Part shown: positions 25,734-26,426 of the stretch, one piece after another
Layout: each line of letters opens with the position of its first letter
How positions within the stretch are numbered: the first letter of the stretch is position 1
The notes under the pieces: model-generated
What the model was told of the DNA's origin: nothing
The model's database searches: none
What the model saw: only the letters and a program-made list of their open reading frames with translations
Source of the DNA: Myxococcales bacterium
Lineage (GTDB): Bacteria; Myxococcota; Myxococcia; Myxococcales; Anaeromyxobacteraceae
Reading direction: 5' to 3'
Assembly (NCBI GenBank): GCA_038320275.1
Contig: JBBQEB010000037.1
Span: forward strand, 1-26,426
Length of the DNA: 26,426 bases
Made by a program: the position numbers and the translations under genes

Positions 25734-26302
25734 GAGGCCGAGGCCGCCGCCCGGGCTGGCGCACCCCAACCTCGTCACGCTGCACGACGCGAGGTGGACC
25801 GAGCACGGTGCTCGAACTGCTCCGCGGCCGCAAGCTCTCCGCCCGGGTCGATGAGGGGATGCTCCCGCTCTCCGAAGCCTCCGCATCGGCTGCGAGGTGG
25901 CGAATGGCGTCGCGCACGCGCACGGCGTCGTGCACCGGGACCTCATATGTCACGCCGGGGAACGTCTTCCTGTGCGACGACGGGCCGGTCAAGGTGCTGG
26001 ACTTCGGCATGGCGCACGCCTTCGGGTGCCGCCAGGTGCGGGGCGGCACGCCGGCCTCCATGGCCCCGGAGCAGCGGCGGCGCGCGTCCGGGGAGAGCAC
26101 GGAAGTGTTCGCGCTCGGAGTCATCCTCTACCGGATGTTCACGGGCCGCCTGCCCTTCGGCGAGGGGGGGGAGCGGGTCGAGGGCTCCCGCAGCGCTCAC
26201 CCCTTCAAGACGCCAGACGTGCCCGGGCTCGCCGCGCTCGTCGCGCGGTTCCTCGCGCGCGTGTCCGCCCGGCATGACCTCAAATCCGGCAGCACTTCTT
26301 GA
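25734..26302 (+). pseudogene. Ser/Thr kinase remnant with several frameshifts
   Basis: EAEAAAR / LAHPNLVTLHD, LELLRG, AHAHGVVHRDL and TPGNVFL..DGPVKVLDFG...GGTPASMAPEQ lie in different frames; no Gly-loop or VAIK seen. Confidence 0.85.
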
Positions 26303-26426
26303 ACTTCTTGCCGCTTCCGCAGGAGCAGGGGTCGTTCGGTCCGATCCTTGGCTCCCGCCGGCGAAGAGGTGCCTGTGAGGGAAATGCGGGCCTGAAGGTG
26401 GGATCGTCGTGGAGCGCGCTGCGGAC

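Overview
High-GC window that looks like a Myxococcota (Anaeromyxobacter-like) chromosome; the taxon is inferred from gene content only. Positions 1-18331 are mostly core genes: groEL (truncated by the window edge) and groES with a sigma70-type promoter and two CIRCE-like operators; a divergent pair of uncharacterised genes; rpoZ; a GldA/F/G-like ABC system plus a DUF4340-type gene; a Ser/Thr kinase followed by a DnaD-like/DnaC-like pair; and the run uppS-cdsA-dxr-rseP-tsaB-second M50 protease-TIGR01777 epimerase. From about 18400 the window is a mobile/defence hotspot: an IS256 transposase whose apparent terminal inverted repeats also enclose a McrA-like HNH nuclease with an unrecognised N-terminal domain; an orphan IS21-type end; a RelE/HigB-HigA toxin-antitoxin module bracketed by two 40-bp direct repeats that are 3' halves of tRNA-Pro(CGG); and several eroded genes (AbiEi/DUF763 chimera, O-methyltransferase, aldo-keto reductase, kinase) around one intact GT87-type glycosyltransferase. 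Best candidates for something new are the IS256-borne McrA-like nuclease, the tRNA-fragment-bounded TA islet, the CIRCE-linked gene pair opposite groESL, and the kinase-DnaD-like-DnaC-like module. All family calls come from manual motif recognition; no searches were run.
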